Below, piece by piece: positions 63,407 through 64,000 of a DNA stretch of 64,000 nucleotides. How positions within the stretch are numbered: the stretch's first letter is position 1; each line of letters begins with the position of its first letter. The notes under the pieces were generated by a model, which was given only the letters and a program-made list of their open reading frames with translations, searched no databases and was not told where the DNA came from. The stretch comes from the human T2T-CHM13v2.0 reference genome, Homo sapiens, in NCBI RefSeq assembly GCF_009914755.1, contig NC_060946.1. One strand, 5' to 3'. The position numbers and the translations under genes are program-made.

Positions 63407-64000
63407 CCTAGAGTTTGTAGCCTCTTCCCAGAGAGAGGGAATCTGACAGATTCCCAAATCTGTCAGAGACTAGGAAGTCTCCTTCAGAAGGACACCCCTC
63501 CAAGCCTGAGGATCCATCCACCCACAGGAGGCCTGGCACAACTCATTCCCCACTCAGCTTGGTGCAAGCTAACCCTATCAGGCCCTGCCACTGTTATCCT
63601 TGCTGACCACCCCCAGTGTCCTCTCAAGTGGAGGCTGCCTGCTTCTCATGTCCTCCGCCGCAGGGTCAGGCACTGCACCCACCCCTTCCAGCCCCACAGG
63701 AGCCCCTCTCCCCAGCCCTGGCCTGCTGCCACCCGACCCCCTCACCGGGGAGCCCCTGCACATCCAGTTGAGCCCAGATGGCATTCCTTTAGGAAACCTC
63801 CTCGACACTCCGAAGTCCAGATCGCAGGCCCCACCTGGAATGCTCTCCTTGCAGCCTGTTCGAAGACTCATGAGACCGTGCTGCACACTGGACTTCAACC
63901 ATGAGCTTCACAGTCTGTCTCTTCCTTCACTACCTTCGCTCTGCACTAGGCCATAAGCTCTGTAGGAGAAGGAACTCATCACAGTGCCTGCCCCAGACAG

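Noticed and set aside
63600-63956. 118-aa Pro-rich ORF with an acceptor-like ccgcag at 63663
   Set aside because: Non-ATG start and no recognised homology; could be a lncRNA exon but cannot be supported from sequence alone

Overview
Primate (human-like) genomic DNA. Gene content and order match, from my recollection, the cat-eye-syndrome region of human 22q11.1. From left to right: intron 1 and coding exon 1 of GAB4 (minus strand, CpG island at ~14-15 kb), an Alu-disrupted vomeronasal type-1 receptor pseudogene (VN1R9P-like, minus, 28.0-29.3 kb), and a second CpG island (~42.7-44.4 kb). That island is followed by three unprocessed ACSM1-like pseudo-exons (51.6, 53.0, 54.0 kb), consistent with the lncRNA CECR7. 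Most of the rest is interspersed repeat: a three-level nested L1PA cluster (2-13.7 kb), a full-length but apparently chimeric L1PA without TSD (30.8-37.0 kb), older L1M/L2/MIR, more than 20 Alus, LTRs and a MER58. No prokaryotic features, CRISPR, rRNA or tRNA were seen, and I found no convincing new multi-gene system. The most interesting signals are fine-scale: a short insertion in an L1 apparently copied from the GAB4 promoter; an ancestral ATG>ACG start shift in GAB4; a splice-donor swap in an ACSM1 pseudo-exon; an open L1 ORF0 homologue; and an L1 recombination junction. Repeat subfamily names and gene identities come from memory of consensus and protein sequences, not from a search.
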